Assembly (NCBI GenBank): GCA_958009085.1
Contig: OY253687.1
Location: forward strand, 434,001 to 498,000
DNA: 64,000 nt
Direction: 5' to 3'
Source of the DNA: Protoeuglena noctilucae
Lineage: Eukaryota
The position numbers and the translations under genes are program-made. Below the pieces are notes generated by a model. The model was not told the DNA's origin and did no database searches. It worked only from the letters and a program-made list of their open reading frames with translations. Shown here piece after piece: positions 30,071 to 43,440 of this stretch; the stretch's first letter is position 1; every line of letters starts with the position of its first letter.

Positions 30071-31018
30071 TCCTGGGGGCGGGATAGGTGCGAGAGTGAG
30101 CTGGCTATGCGTGACCTCGCTGCCCCGGCCTCGGGCGCGAGGCAGAGAGGATGTCCGCATTCCATCCACATTACATGCATGTAATGTGCTAAGAAGAAAT
30201 GCGTGCGACCGACACCGTCGCGAAATATGGCGCGCACGAAGCGCAGGCGGGGCAGGCAGGCCGTCCTGGGAGAAAGTCGCGACCCATTCGACACCAGCGC
30301 TCGCGCGAGTCCCCGCGTCGCCCTGCAGCCACATGTCATCACTGCACATGCTTGCAAGCTCCTCACCTTCCCCGTCGCGACTCACGCGCCCGTCACAGGC
30401 TGGTGCATGTCACGTGGGCCAACACGGGCCCCGGGCCTGAAGAAACCCCGGCCTGCACGCAGCGGAACAGAGTAATTGCGTTAAGCATATAGCAAGCGAG
30501 CAGGAGGGAGCGGGAGGCGCCGGAGCGGAGATGTGGGCCATAAAAGCCTTGCGCAGCGGCGTCTGCGACCATGGCCACATTCTGTTGCCCCTGCGGCTCC
30601 CCGCGCCGTTGCTAGGCCTGCCAGACAGCCATTGCACAGTGGGATGTCTCACCCGCGCCGTGCTCGAGAGCAGTCGCGCTCTTTTGGGACAGACGGAGAT
30701 GCTCTGCTCTAATGCGATGATGGCGTGAACACTTTTCTGTAAATAGCAGTACATGAGTGCCGTGCACAGGCGCTGGAAGCCCCGCCTTGGAAATGCCAGT
30801 AAACATCTGGCTGGCGTTTCCGAGGAAAGGGCCAGCAGCGCTGCTTTGCCGTGCAAATTGACGGACTGTTTTCGACGTGCTGCCGGGCGAGCCATTCCAG
30901 GTGTCAGAGCCTCTCAAAGACGAGCTAGAAGCGCGACAAAGTTGGCAAGGCTTGGCCAGGCCCACCGGACGCCCCAAACGGCGCCCAGGAGGATTGGGGG
31001 ATATTTATCGAAGGCATC

Positions 31019-32374
31019 ATGTCAGAGACGCAGGTGTGTGCCGTCGTTCGGCTAAGCAATGGGCGTTGCCGGGCGCCAGGGGGAGACACCTCGGGGGCCC
31101 AGCTAAAGCGCCTGGGCGGTCTCCACGGACTATCCAGGCCGGATTTACGTAGAGTCCGTTTACCGGAAGATGTTTATGTTGCGGTTTCGGACACTGGCCT
31201 TCTCGGCCGGTCGCTCGATGGCTTGCCGCCCAGGACACCCGCGCCGCCCCAGCTTGCGAGCATGTTTCTCTCCTGGGGCCCTCGACCGACAAGCTGGCTC
31301 GCATCCGCTGTTCTTCGTCGCGCCGGTCGCGGATCTGGCCAGATCCTCTGCGAAGGACCCCAGCGTCTCGGCTTTCGCCGCAGTACTCGTTCGGGCTCAC
31401 CACCTTCAGCCCGAGCGGGAAGCTCGGCCAGTTGGAGTATGCCCTCAAGGCCGTGAACAGCGGTGCGACGTCGCTGGGAATTAAGGTGCGATCCTCGAGC
31501 CCCGCGCGAGGAGCGAGGGCGTGCGCGCGCATTCCCCTGCCCAACTCGCCCCTCCGTGTCCCGGCGCAGGCGGTGAATGGCGTGGTGATTGCGACCGAGA
31601 AGAAGATGGCGTCGGCCCTGGTGGACGAGTCCACCGTGGAGAAGATCAGCCGGGTGACGGACCAGGTCGGGGTTGTCTACGCGGGGATGGGTCCGGACGC
31701 GCGCGTGCTGGTTCGGAAGGCGCGGAAGCTTGCGGTGCAGTACCATACGACGTATAGGGAGCAGGTGCCGGTCGCGCAGCTGGTCCGGGACACGGCGGCG
31801 GTCGTGCAGGAGTTCACGCAGAGCGGCGGCGTGCGCCCCTTCGGCGTCTCGCTCCTGGTGGCCGGGTTCGACGATCACGGCCCGCAGCTGTACCAGGTGG
31901 ATCCCTCGGGGACCTATTTCGCTTGGAAGGCCTCCGCGATCGGCAAGAACATGTCGAACGCGAAGGCGTTCCTTGAGAAGCGATACGCCGAGGACATGGA
32001 GCTGGAAGACGCCATCCACACGGCGCTCCTCACGCTCAAGGTGAGCATGGGACGAGGTATGCATTGCACATGGCGTGCTTCTGACCCGCAAGGTGAGGAT
32101 GGGACACCCAACAGGGCGTGAGTTTGCTTGAATGTGAGTTTCCTTGTCTGGCCGTGAATTGGAAGGGTTTGTTTAAAGGCAGGGCGTGTGACACTCTTGA
32201 TGGTACAACTCGTCCGGATCCCAGTCACACTTGCCTGGCGCTCCACCCGTGCAGGACGGTTTCGAGGGCGAGCTGACGGGGCACAACATCGAGGTGGGGG
32301 TGGTGGGCCCCGACCGCCAGTTCCGCGTTCTAACGCCAGAGCAGGTGCAGGACTACTTGCAAGAGGTCGAGTAA
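31019..32374 (+). CDS. PSMA2: 20S proteasome subunit alpha type-2
   Basis: [43 protein letters not shown], ends DYLQEVE*. Confidence 0.97.
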
Positions 32375-32643
32375 GAGACCCGTTGCCCCCGTTCTCCACG
32401 CAACGATTCGACTATGCCCATGCTCATGCGAGGCCCAACTGCGCTTTCGCACTGCTTGGAAGAGTGTGGACACTTTGGCCAGCTTTGAACCGCGCACTCG
32501 CACGTCTCGTCACCGTCATGCGCGTCGCGGCAGATATAACGCCGATACAGAGCAAGTCAACAGTCAACGCAGGGCCCCCTGCCTCAGAAAGCCAATAGCT
32601 ACCCTACGAACGGAACGGCATGTGGTCAAACAGCAGCTATCGC

Positions 32644-35053
32644 CTACCCCAGCCCAATGCGCATCAGGCTCCCGAGCATCGCCTGCTCGAACGGCCCCCA
32701 CAGGCGGCTGCCCCACCGGGACGGCACCACCGCGACCCGCTTCCTCGTTTCCCGATCCGCCTCCCCCACCTCCCCGCGAGGCCCGGCCTCCGCACTCGCT
32801 GCCAGGCGCCCGCGTCCCTTGCCAGAAACCTCCACGGCGCGCTCCCCGTCCCCCGCCTCCCACCCCGCCTCGTCCACCCGCGCCCTCCCGCCCCGCCCCG
32901 TTGCGCCACGCAGAGCCACCTCCTGCGCCCGCCCAGCAGCCCCTGCCATCGCGCCCGCGCGACGTGCGAAAACGCGCCACTGGAGTGGGTTGAAGTACCC
33001 CAAAGTGGTCGACACGGCCTCCCGCACCGATGCCACCGCCACCTCTTTCAGCAGCGCGCGTGCCTCGGGCTGGGAAACCATGTATTGCACTGTGGGTGTC
33101 GAAAGTGGGCAAGATCCGCGGTCAGCCGAGCCCATGGCACTTCCGCACACCACCCACATCCAGCCAAAACGACACCAAAATTGGCGCACAGAAGCGTCGC
33201 TGGGCTCCTCTCCGCCGCCGCGCTCACCAATCTCCCCCGCCCACCCAGCCTGGGAAGCACCGGGGCCCAAGCGGGCCATGCCCTGCTGCGCCAGTAAGTT
33301 GCCAGTGGATCCGAAATTCCCTCGGCTGCCAGCGGCCGCCGCGATGGCCCCGGCGACGCCGCTGTTCTTGCGGACGAGCGCCTGCCCCACATCTGCCGTT
33401 GCGTGCCCCACCCCTGCGCTGTTGCGCGCGCTGGGCTGCGAGGCGTCCGGCCAGTCGATCCCGCTCCCGTGCGCCACAGTCGAGCCCGAGGGGAAGGGCG
33501 GGGAGGGAGAGACGCCCCCCGAGGGCCCGGCCAGAGACCTGCGAGCGTGAGAGTGCACAAAACCGCTCATCAATGTTATCGTGTCACGATGCCATGATGA
33601 TGGGACTCAGCACAGCGCAGTGGATTGAGCAAAGACAAATGTCCTTGGTCCAATGGTAGCCCCGCAACGGTTGGTGATAGCTTCCCAAGGACAGGTCCCG
33701 GCGTGAGCCCAGTGGCACCGCAGCGGCTAGGCTCACCCTCCCGTGGCGCACGCGGGGTCGTCGAAGCCCAGCGTGCGCGCCACATCGGGGCGCGAGGCGG
33801 CGCGGGACCCGCGGGCCCGTCGGTTGGCGGGGGGCGGGCTCGGGGGTGGCACGTGGGAGGCGGATGGCGATGAGAGGATCGTGGTCACGACCTCCCTGCT
33901 CATGTGCCCCATCATCTGCTGTACGGCCGAGCGATGGTCCGGCTGCGCGCAAAGGAACCATCAGTTATAAATGTCTTTTACAGCGTTGTGAGGAGACACG
34001 ACGAGCTGTTGAGAGAACATGTGCAGTAACATGCAGGGCTGCATGCAGGGCTGCAAGGGGCGACTGGAGCAGGGCAACGCAAAGCAGGGAGCCGCTTGCT
34101 ACAGGGTGCCTCAGGCTGGCTCCGGGCCTCACAAAGCACAGGGTAGTTTTGGGAACGCACATCTGCATGCACCCACGCCCGCACCTTCATCATGGAGGTT
34201 ATGAGCGTGTCGGCGACGTTGATGTGCATGCTCGCGGTCTTCTCAATGTACGAGGACACGGCGGCGGACACGAGCGCGCTCAGGGCGTCCAGCAGCAGGC
34301 CCCGGGCATGGGGCGCGTCCAGGGCCGCAAAGACGTCGTGGAGCACGCGGTCCAAGCCCGCGTCGGACGCGAACGAGCTCTGCAAGTTAGCGAACACGGC
34401 ATCCACGAGCGATCCCATCGCCTCGCGCGCCGCTCGGCCCACCACGCACGTCAGCAGCGTCTGCCCCTTCTCGGACCCCAGCGCGCCCAGGGCCGACTCA
34501 AGCAGCGACGTCGGGGCGCCCGCGGGAGACGGTGCGAGACCCAGGGCCCCACGCACGAGGTTCCCAGCCGCAAGCGCCGCCTCCGGCGACTGCAAAATGT
34601 GCAGGAGCTTGCGCAAGCTCGGGGGGAGGGTGCTGGGGGGCTGCTCGGCGGCCCTGCCGGTCTCCGATTCCTCGTCCTTGACCATGAAGGCGTTGAAGTC
34701 CTCGGCGACGCGGTTCACGGTCTCCGCGGAGCACGTGAAGGCGTTCACAAGCAGGCACCCTGCGTGGAACATCGCGGAGGCGCGCTCCCGCAGCGCCCTG
34801 CGGGTGGGACGCCGTCGCGCGTGGGCATGCGCATGCAGATGGACGACATGCTCCAAGCGGTGCCCGTTTCCTGCTTTATAACTGCGCGCTACGCCGGTCC
34901 TCGCTGCATCAACCCCGCATGGCGTTGGCAGGCTCGCCTGAAGCGCGCGGCCACGCGCTCGTTTGACGCCGCCACATACAGCGCCGCAGAGGACGCCACA
35001 ACTCCCGTCGTGAGCGTCCACGACAAACGCCGGCGCCGGGAGCCCGGGAGCAT
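32644..35053 (-). CDS. PHLOEM PROTEIN 2-LIKE A10-like protein, multi-exon
   Basis: N-terminal hydrophobic anchor, AETVNRVAEDFNAFM, VSSYIEKTASMHINVAD and QPEARALLKEVAVASVREAV resemble plant PP2-A10 blocks (from memory). Confidence 0.6.
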
Positions 35054-35443
35054 TTTCCCGGGCTGCTGAGGTGGATCGGGCAGCAAGCCGAGATCACAGC
35101 GCAACGATGTTGATTTGGAAAAAGAGATGGACCGTCTGGAACGGCGATGTCGGCACGCCTAGGGCGCGATTGTCAGCTGCGGAGTCACAGTGGCTTGAAA
35201 GCGGAGAAGCTCGCCGCCGCTAGCACGCGGATGTGCAGCCACGACGCCATCCTGGGAGCTCGTGTGGGCTCTCCCCGGGCTGTCAGGCCTGACCGCTCGC
35301 ATGAATCGCTTGAATGATTGGACCGCACCCGCAGCGCTGAGATTTTGTGAGCGATCCCGTTGCCCCAACGCTATCATCTGTTGTTGGATTCCTTGCTGGA
35401 GAGGGGAAAGAATTCGTGGAGTGGAAGCAGGAGCGGGAGGAAG

Positions 35444-37251
35444 ATGGGGGGGACCAAGGACGTCCCGTGCAAGTTCTTCTTCGAGACGCGCAACTGCAAC
35501 CAAGGCTACGGTGAGCGTGCTGCCGAGCGCGGCTGGCTCTGCGCCGCCGAGCCGAGGATCGTGTGCACCTTGGAGCTGCGTTCCTGCCACAGCGCGACCG
35601 CGATACAACGCCCCGTGCCCGCAGCATGCCGGTTCAGCCATGACCCTGCGTCCCTGGCGCGGGCCTCGGGGCAACCAGCCTACCACCCAGCCTCGGTACT
35701 GGTTGGGGGGCGCCCCGTCGCGCCTCCGCAGCCCAGCGGCAACGTGTCGCAGTTCCCGGAGGCCGTCAATCCATGGGTTCTTCAGGTCCGTGCGGGAGCA
35801 ACGCCCAGGAGGCGCGAGCGCGCCTGGCACTGCTCATTCGTTCGTTCGACCCGTGCCGCGGCGCCCCTCCCCGCGCAGGCCATCCCGAACCTGATGATTG
35901 TGCGCGAGATCAACGCCCGCTTCGGAGTGCAGGACTCCCAGGTGATGGGAGGACCGCAGCAGCAGCAGCCGTGGAAGGGGGGCGGGCCTGCCTGAGCCGG
36001 CAGCCGCGCAGGGGCCGTATTTCACGGCGCTGCGCCGCGCCGTGGTCGCTGCGAGGCCCTTAACGTCGTTGCACTTGAAGCTGACGCGGAAGTCAGGTCC
36101 CTGGGGCGAGAAACCGTCCTGAAGTGCTGGCGAGCCCGAGCGCATCCCGGCCATGCTCTCAGGGGCTCGCGGAGGGCAAATTCTGTCCCACTCACTTCGA
36201 GACGGGCGTGTGCCCGCGCCCGACCTCGTGTCAGTTCTTCCACGGCCAGCGGTGCGACACGTGCGGGCGGTGGTGCCTCGACCCTGCCGACAGCGACGGT
36301 GTAGCCAGGCACCTCCAGGACTGCCAGGTGGGGCAGCGATGGCCCTGCGCACGCCGTCTCGAACTGCGCTTCCCACGCTGCGCGCCTTTCACACAGCCCC
36401 ATGCGACGGTGCCATCCGATGCACCTACTGAGCCGCCGTCGGTCTCACAACCCCATGCCAAGATGCCACCCCGCCTTTCTCTTCACCCCGCAGCGGCGAT
36501 CGATGCAGGCGCTCTCGAAGGCCTCGTCGAGGAACGTGGAGTGCAGCATCTGCATGGAGCGTGTGTTGGAGAAGGACGACCCCTCGCAACGCCAGTTCGG
36601 CCTTCTGGCATGCAACCACCCCTTCTGCCTGTCGTGCATCCGTGACTGGAGGGCCCAGGTCTTCTCAGGTGTCATTCTGTATAATATGCTCGCATCTGCC
36701 GCTCTCACATGTCCGTGCGCCCGTCACTCCACCTGCTCTGCCCGCGTGTCACTCCACACCGCCCTGCCCGTGTCTGTTCAGGTGCCAGCGTGGACGACGC
36801 CGTCCGCACCTGCCCCATCTGCCGCACCCCCACGCACTTCGTGTGCCCGAGCCCCGTCTGGCCAGACACCCCGCAGCTGAAGGAGGAAATCGTGGGGCAG
36901 TACGTCCAGCGCCTCAACAACATCGACTGCAAGGTGTGATGTGAACAGAATCACTTGGTTAGCACTAGTGACCCAATGGATGGTGCCACACGATTTGTGC
37001 ATGTTTGTAACAGTAACACTGCGACATGCAATAACGTCTGCGTTTCCTCTCCGCAGTATTACCGCTTTGGGGAGGGGGAGTGCCCATTCGGGACGTCGTG
37101 CTTCTACCGCCACGCGGACCGGCAGGGTCGATTGCAGGACAGGGTGGTGCGGACCGTGGTGGGCGCGGACGGGGCTGCAGTGGTGCGGCCCATGAAGCTC
37201 TCAGACTACCTGGCGACCCCGCACGCGCGCGCCGTGCTGGGGGCGCCTTAG
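35444..37251 (+). CDS. MKRN: Makorin E3 ubiquitin ligase (C3H zinc fingers + RING)
   Basis: PCKFFFETRNCNQGY/ACRFSH, CSICMERV...FGLLACNHPFCLSCIRDWR...CPICR, CK/YYRFGEGECPFGTSCFYRH. Confidence 0.93.
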
Positions 37252-37498
37252 GGCGACGAGGGGTTCGGCTGGTGGGCTTGCGCTGCTGACAGGTCGGGCG
37301 GACAAACCATGTCGCAAGCGTCAATTCTCAAGTCTGCCAGCGTCGTTGGCGTGGGTCAGGGCTTGAACGTGGGCGAGCATTCGACGTTTCTGAACCGCGT
37401 GTTCAGACAGCTCAAGGGCGTGAGCGCGATTGTCACACGTAACACCCCGCACGCATAGCCGTCACAGTCGATCACGACTCTATGTTCAAAGGAGGTCT

Positions 37499-40400
37499 CT
37501 ATGTTCTGAGAAACCCCAGCGTCTCCTCCATGAACTGGTGCGGGTCGCAGACCTCCGGGACGATTTCTGGCAGCCACTGCGCCCCCGCCAGAGCCTTTGC
37601 CACCGTGGCCTGTTCGTCCTTCTTCATCACCTCCCCGTACTTCCCAATGGCCTCCAGGATACGCGCCCTGCAAGAGGCAAGCGGGGTTACTGATTAAAGG
37701 CCATGCAGCTTTGACGTCATCAATGCAACGACCACTCCACCACTGCTCGCTTCATCATTGACACCTGTCCTCAGTGACGGCCCATGAACCCTCACCTGTA
37801 CAGCGCCCCGGCCTCCACCACATCTCCACACCCCTTCACACCCTTCACCTGTACAGCGCTCCTGCTTCCACCATGTCCTCCGGTAAGTCGTCCATCTTGT
37901 GCAGACGGTCCGGTTGCTCCGTGGACCCTCCCTGGCTCCTCTCCGACTTTTGCCCAAACACGCGCGATGACGACTGCTGGGGAGGCGGGTCCTGGTCCTC
38001 ATCGGAGCCACCCTCCGTCACCCACCGCTGCAGCGCACGGAACGCCTCGACCAGCTCCATCTGCGGGCGTGAGGGGGGCGACAAAGATGTTCCAATGCAA
38101 TGACGAGCTGTGTCTGTGCAATGGAGAGCCGCCTGTATCTCGATGCAGTCGAGCCCACAGTGCGGTCCACAACAGCAGTGGCCACAACAGCACAGTCCAC
38201 ACCCACCACACCAACCACAAGCCCACAGCAGCCACCCTCGCCCACCCACACCAACCGGCTCCCCACCACCCCCAAGCGCACCTGCAGGACGTCTCCCACG
38301 GGCCGGTTGTTGACGTAGATGCGAAGGAGGTCCTCGAAGCTCAGCGACAGCGCCGCCTCCCTCGCCGCCGCGTCCCCTTCCTCGGCAAAGTGCGCCGTGG
38401 TGTGCTCCTTGAATTCGTACATGATCTGGCGCATCTCTAGGTCGCTCGGGAACACGCCCATCGTGCGGAGGAAGTCGGGGACAAGCGACGCTACGGGGGA
38501 GGCGATTGACGGTCACAGGGATGGACGTTGTGGCAGAAACATCGTGTGCTGGTGTGATGCAGCTCGATTACACATGTATAGGACAAGGAGTGCGCGCATA
38601 CTTGCACTCTCTCTGTCATCCAAGACAGGGAGCGCGCCTGCGTGCGCGCTCTTGCTCTCACCCGGGACGGTGTTGGTGGCCGCGTGGGCCGGGGTGAGCG
38701 CGCCCTCCTGCTTGGCGAGGACCTTGCAGAAGTAGAAGGTATCCAAAAGTTCCTCCATGAGCTCCCCTTGCATGCCACCCTCCACCGCCGACGCCCAGTC
38801 CGCCACCGCGTCGCCCCTCTGCGACATGTCGGCGACCGCCCCGGGGTCCACGCGCCACACGTTAATGATAGGGTCCTCCGCGGACGCCGTGTACACCCGC
38901 GAGCCGTCGTGGGACACCGCGATGCCAGAGATGGGGCCCGGGTGGGCGATGAGGCCCAACGTCTTGGAAGGGCAGCCGTCCAAGGGGCCGACCACGACCC
39001 CGCAGACCTTCTCCTCCGCGGCAAACGCCACGCACGGCACGCCGCACCCCGCGGCGACGAACGGGCGCAGGAATCGCACCGGGCCACCGAACGTGGGCCC
39101 CAGCACGGTGGCCGTCGTCTTGCCCCGCCCCACGTCCAGCAGCCGCATCTTCAGCGACTGGTCGGCGCACAGCAGCGCCATGCCCGCGCCCTGCTGCGGG
39201 CACAGCGCCGCACCGCCGTGCGCCCTCCCCCGCACCTCCGCCACCGCGCTCGGCCGGCCGGGGAACTTCCCCGCCTCGTGCTTGCGCTTCAACGCCACCC
39301 CCTCCGACAGCGAGCTCGACGCGAGGTCGTACTCGCACACGGAGCCGTCCCGGCCCATGGACAGCAGCGTGTCGTCGCCCGTCTTGCCCAGCGAGAAGGT
39401 CAGACCCGCCAGCCCAGCATCGCCGTGCCCCCGGAACTTGCCGATCATTTCCCACTGCAGGATCCCCCGGAGCCGCTGCAGCGCGTACAGCAGCAGGTGG
39501 CCGCTCTCGTCGCCCGCCGCGATGTGGTCGCCGCCCAGCGCCGCGTCCAGCATGACGATGGCGGACCGCGTGTTGCGCAGCAGCGCGTTCTCCTTCAGCG
39601 TCGCCGAGTCGAGGACGGCCACGTGGCCGGAGGCGCAGCCGGCGACGAGGAGGCCGCCGGAGCGGGAGAAGGCCAGGGCGGTCAGGGCGAGGCCGGAGGG
39701 CAGGACGGTCTGGGCGGCGGGGCGGTGCTGGTTGGCGTCCCATCGCTCCACGCGGCCCGTCTTGGTGCTGACGGCGAGGGACGGCTGCGACGGGTGGCAC
39801 GCGAGCGCCGTGATCTGCCCCTGCACGCCCTGCACGACCAGCCAGTGCGGCTGGGGCGTCTCGAAGCTGGCGCTGGCGACGGCCACCACGCTCTGCCGCG
39901 ACGTGGACACGGCGAAGTCTGGCAGGCTCAGCCGGGCCGGAAGGCCGTCCTCCCCCTGGATGGTCGGCGACACGGGCCGGTCATTGGACGCGAACGCGAC
40001 GGAGGTGATGGCGCCGTGGCCGATGTCCTCGAACCACGCGGCGATGCGGAGCTTGGTGTCGAACAGTCGCACGAAGCCCTCGCCGCCCCCGGTGACCAGG
40101 TACTGCCCCACCGTGGTCAGGAATGTGACGGGGGCCGAGTGCACCCGGATGACCTTGGTGGCGAGGCGGTCCAAGGCGTCGGCGGACCCCTCCTTAGGCG
40201 CCCACACCACGATATCGCCGTCGACGGTGCCCGTGCACACGAGCGGGGTGTGCGGCACAAAGGCAGACATGGTGAACTCCCCCACGGTCTGCTGGAAGTC
40301 TGCGGGGCGTGGGGTGGGTGGGGGCCAGGTGTTGCGCCAAGCGGGTGCCCCCACAGAGACAGAGCATGGTGGGAGAACCGTCCATTTGAGCAATGCCGAA

Positions 40401-41292
40401 GCGCCATACCGGACGAGCGTCGCTCACCTGCAGCGTTGAGGGTGGGCTCGGCCATGACCAGGCGCTCGTGGGCGGCATGGTGCGGGGACCAAAAGGCGAC
40501 GCTGCGGCGGCCCTGGGTGACGAGCTCGAAGGGCGCGGAGGGGGGCCGGCCGGATGCGAAGCGGATCATCCGGTGCGTGTCGCCGGGGCGCACCACGCCG
40601 GCGGACAGGTGAGACGCCAGGATGCCGCCGCTGCGGGCCGGGCCCAGCTCCCAGACGTGGACCTGCTGCGCGGGCGGCGCCGTGACGGCGGCAATCATGG
40701 TTCCGTCCGATGACACGTCGATGCTGCGGAAGCCGTACGGCGTCGGCGACGGCACGGTGTGCAGCGGCTCCCCCGTGTGTGCGTCCCAAATGATGATCAT
40801 CGAGTCCGGCCCGATGTCCGCCGACACGACCAGCGACCGCGCTGGATTTGTGGCGAGGCCACACAGCGGATTGCAGTGGCCCTGCAGCATCCGCTGCTCC
40901 CTGCGGGCGCGAAGAATTTACGCAGAGAGGTGCGTCGAAAGAAACTCAGGTTGCGTGTGCAGCTGGTCGCGTACCGCACCACGGCTCACCCGGTTTCAAT
41001 GTCCTGTATGATGGCCACATGAGCCGCGATGAAGCACACCGCGGACCGGGTGGCCGTGGAGAGGTTGACGAGCCCTCCGCGCACGTTGCAAGAGGCGCCG
41101 TACGCCCTCTCCAGGACCTGCGCGCGGGCGCGCAGTAAATGCTCATTGCCACAAGCGATGGATGGACCCTGTCCGGAGCGACCGCGCTGCTCCCAAGCTC
41201 GCCGCTTTCGGCGTAGAGACGTCGCGCATGTGGGCGCGCGGGGCATCCAAGACGGCGCCTCTCACCAAGGCGTAGTCATCCTCCAGTCCCAT
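37499..41292 (-). CDS. CFAP251: WD40 ciliary protein CFAP251/WDR66 with EF-hand-like C-terminus
   Basis: LQGHCNP...SADIGPDSMIIIWD, TVLGPTFGGPV, PLDGCPSKTLGLIAHPG, FLRTMGVFPSDLEMRQI, LLRIYVNNRPV. Confidence 0.9.
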
Positions 41293-41830
41293 ATCGGCCC
41301 ACCGTCTTCAACGAGGCCTAGACGGCCGGCGAGACGTACGTCCCCGCCGGGAAATCGACGACTCGCAGCAGTCCCCAAGCAACTATCGCCGAGACGGGCC
41401 AAGAAGATCGCTGGGAGCCCGAAAAGCCTTCTCAGTCTCGAGTCAAAAGCAATGGGAGGGAGGGAGTTTATAAGGCGCGGCGGAGACGACGGGAGGGCAT
41501 GCCAAGGCGGACTATTCGCAGGGATAACTTGTCTGGCCCGCCTCAGCAAGAAAGGGCGGGGTCCCAGGAAGGAGTTGGAAGTCTGCCCCCGTTGCGCCCC
41601 TGGGCAGGTGAGTATGTCTCGGGGAGACCTGCTGCAAGCCCTGACAAGCCCCTCATGCCAGAAAACCATTCGCCCTGGGGCGCCGGGATGGACATCTACG
41701 ATGGCATTCGATGGTCCGTGTGTCAGATATACTGCTGGACACGCCGCACACCACAAGCTTATCTAATCGTCCGCTGGTGCCCATTCATCGCGCGCTTTCG
41801 CGCTCGCCCTCTTGCCCGCTCTCCGCTGAG

Positions 41831-43404
41831 ATGGAGCAGCGCGTGGCTGTCATCGGCGGAGCAGGGTTTCTCGGCAGCAAGCTTTGTCAGGAACTATTGG
41901 CGCGTGGGGAAGTCTGCGGGGGCAGAGGTGAGGGCGGCCATGTCCGGTGCCCCTGTTACGTCGTCCTGACGCTGCTTCGACATACCGCGCAATGCCTGGG
42001 CCGTGCAGTTACACACCTGCGAGTGGTGGACGCCGTTCCGCCCGGCGACTGGTTCCGGACAGCGGCTGACGAGGCTAACAAGGCAGGCGTGCTGGTCGAC
42101 AGTGCTGTCGTCGACATATCCGACGCTGCTGCCATCGATGGGGCTTTGCCGAGCGACCTGACGGTCGTCTTCCACCTCGCAGCAGTGGTATCCGGTGAGA
42201 CCAGAGGTTTGGTTGGTCGCATACAGCCTGCCTTGGACTGTGTCTGTCAAGATGCGCACAGGAGCAGCACACCTGCTGCCACCGCAGGGCATGCGGAGGC
42301 GGACCTGGATGCGGGCATGTCGGTGAACCTCACCGGCACGCTGAACGTGCTGCAGCGGTGCCGCAGCATCGCAACCACAACGGGACGCCCACCCGTGTTG
42401 GTCTTCACCAGCTCCGTCGCCGTCTTCGGTGGCGAGCTGCGGGAGCCTGTCGACGAGATGCACGTTGTGAGCCCACAGGTGATATTGGCATGCCCAGTCG
42501 CGCGGCTGCAGCAATACTTGTGACGAGACTGCGACCTGACGGTACATACCCAACTCGCAGACGTCCTACGGAACCCAGAAGGCCGTGTGCGAGCTCCTGG
42601 TGCAGGACTTCGCACGGCGGGGCATCGTGGATGCGCGCGCCGTGCGTCTGCCCACCGTCGCCGTGCGCCCCGGGCGAGTAGGTTGTGGTGTGCCCTTGCC
42701 GTGACGAGCACCGTGTCTGCACGACCGTAACGTCTACCCTGCCGCTCCTATGATGCGCCCTCAGGGCGCCCAACCGTGCCGCCAGCTCTTTCGTGTCGGG
42801 CCTGGTCCGCGAGCCCCTGGCTGGCAAGGAGGCGGTCATACCCGTGCCGGCCTCCACGAAACTGTGGATCTGCTCGCCGCGAGTCGCCGTGGCCAACCTC
42901 ATCCACGGTGCCTGCGCGCGCTTGCTGCTCCCAGCAATTGCTTGGCGCACCTGCATGTGCGTGCACAACCCGGCGTGCCAGCCGTCGTCGTGCACCGCAG
43001 CGGCCGAAGTGTCGGGTCACGCGTGGCAGGGGAGTCGGGTGCTGTCGCTGCCGGGCATCACCGTGACGGTGCAAGAGCTCGTGGACGCCTTGCGAGAGGC
43101 GGCGCCGGACCCAAACGTGACGGGGCTCCTCCGATGGCAGGTCTGCGCATAGATACGCGCAACGCGGCGGGCGTGATTAGACGCGTCGAGGATGCTGTAC
43201 TAAAACAGCGTACGGGAGCGCTCGGGTGCACTGCCCCCGCCGCAGAGGGACGACGTCGTGGAGCGGATCGTGCTAGGGTGGGCGTGCGCCATTGTCACCA
43301 ACCGGGCGCTCGGCATGGGCTTCCGAGTCGACGCGGCTGCGAGGGACATCGTGGCGGCTTACATCGAAGATGAGCTGGGGGGGCGAGGGCGTGTCGGGGA
43401 ATAA
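41831..43404 (+). CDS. NAD-dependent epimerase/dehydratase, D-erythronate dehydrogenase (DenD)-like, multi-exon
   Basis: VIGGAGFLG, HLAAVVSG/HAEADLDAG, SYGTQKAVCEL (YxxxK), RLPTVAVRPG/APNRAASSFVSGLVREPL. Confidence 0.85.
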
Positions 43405-43440
43405 AGGGGGAGCATGAGTGGGATGCTGGCACTGTATGAC

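Noticed and set aside
30227..30475. ORF starting MARTK, like histone H3/CENH3
   Set aside because: No histone-fold sequence follows in any frame I could splice
38642..40612. Long plus-strand ORFs opposite CFAP251, and similar ones at 11412-13070 and opposite the LINE
   Set aside because: Antisense shadow ORFs expected from high GC3 codon usage
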